This document shows, one piece after another, positions 60,471 through 64,000 of a stretch of 64,000 bases of DNA. Source of the stretch: Anaerolineae bacterium (GTDB lineage: Bacteria > Chloroflexota > Anaerolineae > UBA1429); NCBI GenBank assembly GCA_963675785.1, contig OY776562.1, positions 2,048,001 through 2,112,000 of the forward strand. The letters are read 5' to 3'. Within the stretch, counting starts at the first letter, position 1, and each line of letters begins with the position of its first letter. The notes beneath the pieces were generated by a model that was not told where the DNA came from, ran no database searches, and saw only the letters and a program-made list of their open reading frames with translations. The translations under genes and the position numbers were made by a program.

Positions 60471-60914
60471 CTATGCCGCTCCCTTGCTGGGTTCGATGGA
60501 AATACCCAGCTGGTGGCGTTGACTGACCAAAGTACCCAGCACACCATTCACAAAGCGACTCGAGCTGTCGCTTCCATATCGCTTGGCAAGCTCGACGGCT
60601 TCGTTAATGGCGACCTTGGAGGGTGTATCATGATAGAACAACACTTCGTACGCAGCCAGACGCAGGATATTCCGGTCAACACAGGCCATCTGTTCGATGG
60701 GCCACTCTGGGGCAATTCGTTGGATAATATCGTTCAGCAACTGCAAGTGCTCAACAACACCCGTAACAAGTGCTCGGCAAAAGGCTTCTGTCTCGGCATC
60801 CATCTCGACTTCAGTAAGACGATGGTAGAGTGCCAAAGTTGGATTATGCTGCACCGTATCGACCTCAAAAAGGGCCTCAAATGCAGTGACTCTCGCCAAT
60901 CGCCTGGGCTTCAA
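60471..60914 (-). CDS. nusB: Transcription antitermination factor NusB
   Basis: VDRNILRLA.YE, INEAVELAKRYG, FVNGVLG. Confidence 0.95.
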   Translation of the reverse strand: MKPRRLARVTAFEALFEVDTVQHNPTLALYHRLTEVEMDAETEAFCRALVTGVVEHLQLLNDIIQRIAPEWPIEQMACVDRNILRLAAYEVLFYHDTPSKVAINEAVELAKRYGSDSSSRFVNGVLGTLVSQRHQLGISIEPSKGAA

Positions 60915-60917
60915 AGG

Positions 60918-61298
60918 TTATTCCCCTTTAGTGGTAGAGTCAGTAGGCACATCCCGGACATCTTGAACGCTCACGTTCACAGCAAGAACGGGCATACCTA
61001 CCATATCAGTAATCGCTCGCGATACATTCGCCTGGATTTTACGGCCGATCTCAAGGATATTGGCATCCTGCGACACCACGATCGAAATATCGACCGAGAC
61101 CGCGTCATCAATTACCTCAACGCGGATCCCATCCTGAGCACCCTTGCCACGAAACCAACGGTCTACACCAGTTGAAAGATCGCGATACATACACACAACG
61201 CCAGGCACAGAAAGTGTCGTCAGGCGGGCAATGGTAGCCAATACCTGTGGCGAAATGCGTACAGTTCCAAGTCGACGTTCCATAGATTCGGCCTCCAC
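60918..61298 (-). CDS. Asp23/Gls24 family protein
   Basis: GTVRISPQVLATIA, VPGV, MVGMPVLAVNVSV; upstream of nusB. Confidence 0.9.
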   Translation of the reverse strand: MEAESMERRLGTVRISPQVLATIARLTTLSVPGVVCMYRDLSTGVDRWFRGKGAQDGIRVEVIDDAVSVDISIVVSQDANILEIGRKIQANVSRAITDMVGMPVLAVNVSVQDVRDVPTDSTTKGE

Positions 61299-61359
61299 AG
61301 TGCAAAAAAGGGCCGTGAGGCATGCTCAAGCGGCCCAGCGAGGTCGGCAAGTGAATATC

Positions 61360-61542
61360 CTAGTCCTCGACGTTTATGACTGACTCGCCGCGATAATTGC
61401 CACAATGAGGACAAACAGTATGCGGCAGACGCATACCATGGCAGCTTGGACATTCAACCAATTTGGTTGATGTCAAACCGTCATGGCTGCGGCGCCGAAG
61501 TGCACGGCTATGGGATATCCTTCTTTTAGGTAGCGGAGTCAT
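61360..61542 (-). CDS. rpmF: 50S ribosomal protein L32
   Basis: PKRRISHSR, CPSC...PHTVCPHCGNY. Confidence 0.95.
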   Translation of the reverse strand: MTPLPKRRISHSRALRRRSHDGLTSTKLVECPSCHGMRLPHTVCPHCGNYRGESVINVED

Positions 61543-62097
61543 CTATTTGTTCCTTTCACCAGAACTCTTAAAATCTTTTGCATCAACCAACTGAGCCAGC
61601 ACGGCTAAACGAGGGTCTCCTGCCATCTGCTCACAGCTGCAGGGTCCTTCATTAAGATTACGGCCGCACTGGGAACACAACCCCTTGCAGTCAGGCTTGC
61701 ACAACACAGGGTCCTCTGTCTCGATCACGGCGAACTGACGAATCACTTCTGTGAGGTCGAGGATATTCCGGCCATCGATCACCAGCTCAGGCTCATCCTC
61801 TGGCATAGCCAGTCGTGCACCCGTTTCCATATCCACAGATGGTAAAAAGACCTCATCGAAGGCAATCTTGTGCATTGCTTCGGTTGCCTCAAGGCAACGT
61901 CGGCAAGAAACAACTAATGGCAAAGAAACCATAACCCGAGCCACTATGCCTTCATTCGTTTTAATCAGCTCGACGTGACCGGTGACCGGAGTGGGCCCCG
62001 GATTAAGCTCATCAATACCCGAGAGCTCGCCGTCCAAGTCGTATCTACGAGACGAACCAACCGGTTCGCGAAGGAGCTGGGCAACGTTATATAACAT
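61543..62097 (-). CDS. YceD/DUF177 family protein
   Basis: CRRCL, LCKPDCKGLCSQCGRNLN, DPRLA; upstream of rpmF. Confidence 0.92.
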   Translation of the reverse strand: MLYNVAQLLREPVGSSRRYDLDGELSGIDELNPGPTPVTGHVELIKTNEGIVARVMVSLPLVVSCRRCLEATEAMHKIAFDEVFLPSVDMETGARLAMPEDEPELVIDGRNILDLTEVIRQFAVIETEDPVLCKPDCKGLCSQCGRNLNEGPCSCEQMAGDPRLAVLAQLVDAKDFKSSGERNK

Positions 62098-62133
62098 AAC
62101 CACATCTCCAGCCAAAGCTCATCTCACCCGGTG

Positions 62134-62162
62134 ATTATACAAATCGCTCACCCAGGTGTCAA
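62134..62162 (-). promoter_or_regulatory. Consensus sigma70 promoter of yceD-rpmF
   Basis: TTGACA-17bp-TATAAT. Confidence 0.85.
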
Positions 62163-62189
62163 AAGACGCGCCAAGTGACTAGAGCGAGG

Positions 62190-62684
62190 TTAACTATCCT
62201 TTTGTTTGTCTCCTTGTGAGCCATCGCCGTCGACATTCGCCTGAAGAAGCTCCAATCCATTGCGTACCGTCTCCAATACGCGAACCACCTCAGACTCCAT
62301 CACAGCGAGTTGGGCAATAGCGTATTGATCGGCACCAGAGCGAATTTCGTCCGCCTCAGCACGAGCGCTGAGAAGAAGGTTCTTGGCCTCAATCGCAGCC
62401 TGATCGTATAGAGCGTTTTCGTCCAAGATACGATTGGCCTCATCGCGTGCCTCTGCCAAAAGTCGGGCCGCTTCTTCATTGGCTTCTGCCAAAATTCGAT
62501 CGCAGTCCTTTTCCAGGGCTCGGGCCATCTCGATCTCGCGAGGCACTGAAATGCGCATCTGTCCCAGGATACTGCTGGCAATCTCGGGATCGACAAACAC
62601 ATACCGACTTAATGGTACTTTGCGGCCCTCATCCAGCAGCTGTTCCAGTCTGTCGACAAGTTGGAGTATATCGATTCTGATCAC
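62190..62684 (-). CDS. Coiled-coil protein (DivIVA/ATP synthase b-like) downstream of coaD
   Basis: LEQLL...KVPLS, Ala/Glu heptads, GADQYA. Confidence 0.8.
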   Translation of the reverse strand: MIRIDILQLVDRLEQLLDEGRKVPLSRYVFVDPEIASSILGQMRISVPREIEMARALEKDCDRILAEANEEAARLLAEARDEANRILDENALYDQAAIEAKNLLLSARAEADEIRSGADQYAIAQLAVMESEVVRVLETVRNGLELLQANVDGDGSQGDKQKDS

Positions 62685-63169
62685 CCCTTCCCTGTAACGA
62701 TCTTGGCGCGAAGTCGTTTCTCAATATCCTCAGGAACAAAGTCTGACATCGAACGGCTGCCCATTGCCAAATCCTTCAAAAGGGTTGAGCTAAGGAACGC
62801 GTGCTCCATACTGGTCATCAAACAAACCATATCGATCCCCGGCGCAAGTTGCCTGTTGGTGAGCGCCATCTGGTATTCGAGCTCGAAATCCGAGATAACA
62901 CGAAGGCCTCGAACGATGACCTGAGCATTGATCTTTTGGCAATAATCAACCGTTAATCCACTATAGCTCGTTACCGTGATGTTGGGAATAGATGCCAAAG
63001 CAGCTGAAGCCATATTAGCCCGTTCTGGAACAGAAAACAACACATTCTTATTCGGACGATCATAGACGCCAACATAGACATGTTCAAATAGCTGCGCCGC
63101 CCTGCGGGCAACATCAATATGGCCATAATGGATGGGATCAAAAGTACCCGGATACAATGCAATTGTCAT
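62681..63169 (-). CDS. coaD: Phosphopantetheine adenylyltransferase
   Basis: YPGTFDPIHYGH, VRGLR..SDFELE, LSST. Confidence 0.95.
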   Translation of the reverse strand: MTIALYPGTFDPIHYGHIDVARRAAQLFEHVYVGVYDRPNKNVLFSVPERANMASAALASIPNITVTSYSGLTVDYCQKINAQVIVRGLRVISDFELEYQMALTNRQLAPGIDMVCLMTSMEHAFLSSTLLKDLAMGSRSMSDFVPEDIEKRLRAKIVTGKG

Positions 63170-63176
63170 AGTAGCC

Positions 63177-64000
63177 TCACTCTTTTGGCGCCCTGGCCCA
63201 AAACCGCTTGACCTCGCGGCGCAGCAAGCGATGTTCTTCACTGCGCAAACCAGGGTCTGTTTCATACACTTGAGCAGCCAATTGCCGGGCGATCTCTAGT
63301 GAACGCATATCGCTCAAGTCTGCCACTCGCAGCGCGGGCAAACCGCTTTGCCTTACACCAAAGAAATCGCCGGGGCCGCGTAACTCCAAATCCAATTCGG
63401 CCAATTCAAAGCCGTCATTGCTCGATACCATGGCCTCGAGACGTCTCAAACTCGTTTCCGAAGGATCATCGGACATGAGAATGCAGTAGGATGTAGCAGT
63501 GCCTCGCCCCACCCGTCCACGAAGCTGATGTAACTGCGCCAGCCCGAAACGTTCAGCGTTCTCGACGAGCATCACCGTGGCGTTGGGAATATCGATACCT
63601 ACTTCTATCACGGTAGTTGCTACTAGAATATCATATTCTGTCGCTGCAAACGAGGCCATCACAGCTTCTTTATCTGCCGCGTTCAGCCGCCCATGAACAA
63701 GCCCCACACGCAGATCGGGAAAGATATCGCGTTGCAGACGCTGCTGCTCGCTGGTTGCCGCTACGCCAGAGCCATCCTCATCTGGTTCAACCAATGGACA
63801 TACGACAAAGACCTGATGACCGCATTCCACCTCTTTGCGGATGAATTGATAAATACCATCGCGGGCGCCGCTATCGCGCAACGCCGTAACCACTGGCTTG
63901 CGACCTGCAGGCAATTCGTCCAGCACCGAAACATCCACATCACCATAAACTGTCATGGCCAGAGAACGAGGAATGGGCGTCGCGCTCATTTGCAACATGT
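63177..64000 (-). CDS. recG: ATP-dependent DNA helicase RecG (3' part)
   Basis: MSATPIPRSL, ATTVIEVGID, AERFGLAQLHQLRGRVGRG, DLELRGPG. Confidence 0.95.
   Translation of the reverse strand, partial: MLQMSATPIPRSLAMTVYGDVDVSVLDELPAGRKPVVTALRDSGARDGIYQFIRKEVECGHQVFVVCPLVEPDEDGSGVAATSEQQRLQRDIFPDLRVGLVHGRLNAADKEAVMASFAATEYDILVATTVIEVGIDIPNATVMLVENAERFGLAQLHQLRGRVGRGTATSYCILMSDDPSETSLRRLEAMVSSNDGFELAELDLELRGPGDFFGVRQSGLPALRVADLSDMRSLEIARQLAAQVYETDPGLRSEEHRLLRREVKRFWARAPKE

Noticed and set aside
1-64000. CRISPR arrays, tRNA/rRNA genes, IS elements
   Set aside because: No regularly spaced repeats, cloverleaf or rRNA-like stretches, or transposase ORFs seen by eye; the intergenic gaps are short

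Overview
Chromosomal, mostly housekeeping and carbohydrate-metabolism region of a moderately GC-rich anaerobic bacterium, probably Chloroflexota (Anaerolineae-like); the taxonomy is inferred from gene style, not from a search. It holds about 65 CDS. These include a BMP-type nucleoside ABC transporter, sugar catabolism genes (three Gfo/Idh/MocA enzymes, GH36, GH1, glycerate kinase, tartronate semialdehyde reductase), NfnAB, an ECF sigma/anti-sigma operon, EF-G2, deoB, thiI, secDF, truD, tatBC and the recG-coaD-yceD-rpmF-asp23-nusB cluster. No rRNA, tRNA, CRISPR array or transposase was recognised. Best leads: (1) the same SigW-like promoter motif, GCAACTCT-N11-TACGTATAGT, precedes both the ECF sigma gene and, 17 kb away, an operon for a phasin/lipid-droplet-like protein plus an ArsA/Get3-type ATPase; (2) a promoter-proximal 20-bp hairpin with a C-rich anti-Shine-Dalgarno-like loop; (3) an 85%-identical decayed copy of the amidohydrolase 3' end bracketing an inserted membrane-protein gene, next to a frameshifted pseudogene; (4) TtcA overlapping a stand-alone pyruvate-kinase C-terminal-domain protein; (5) a LuxR-TM-Kelch one-component regulator.
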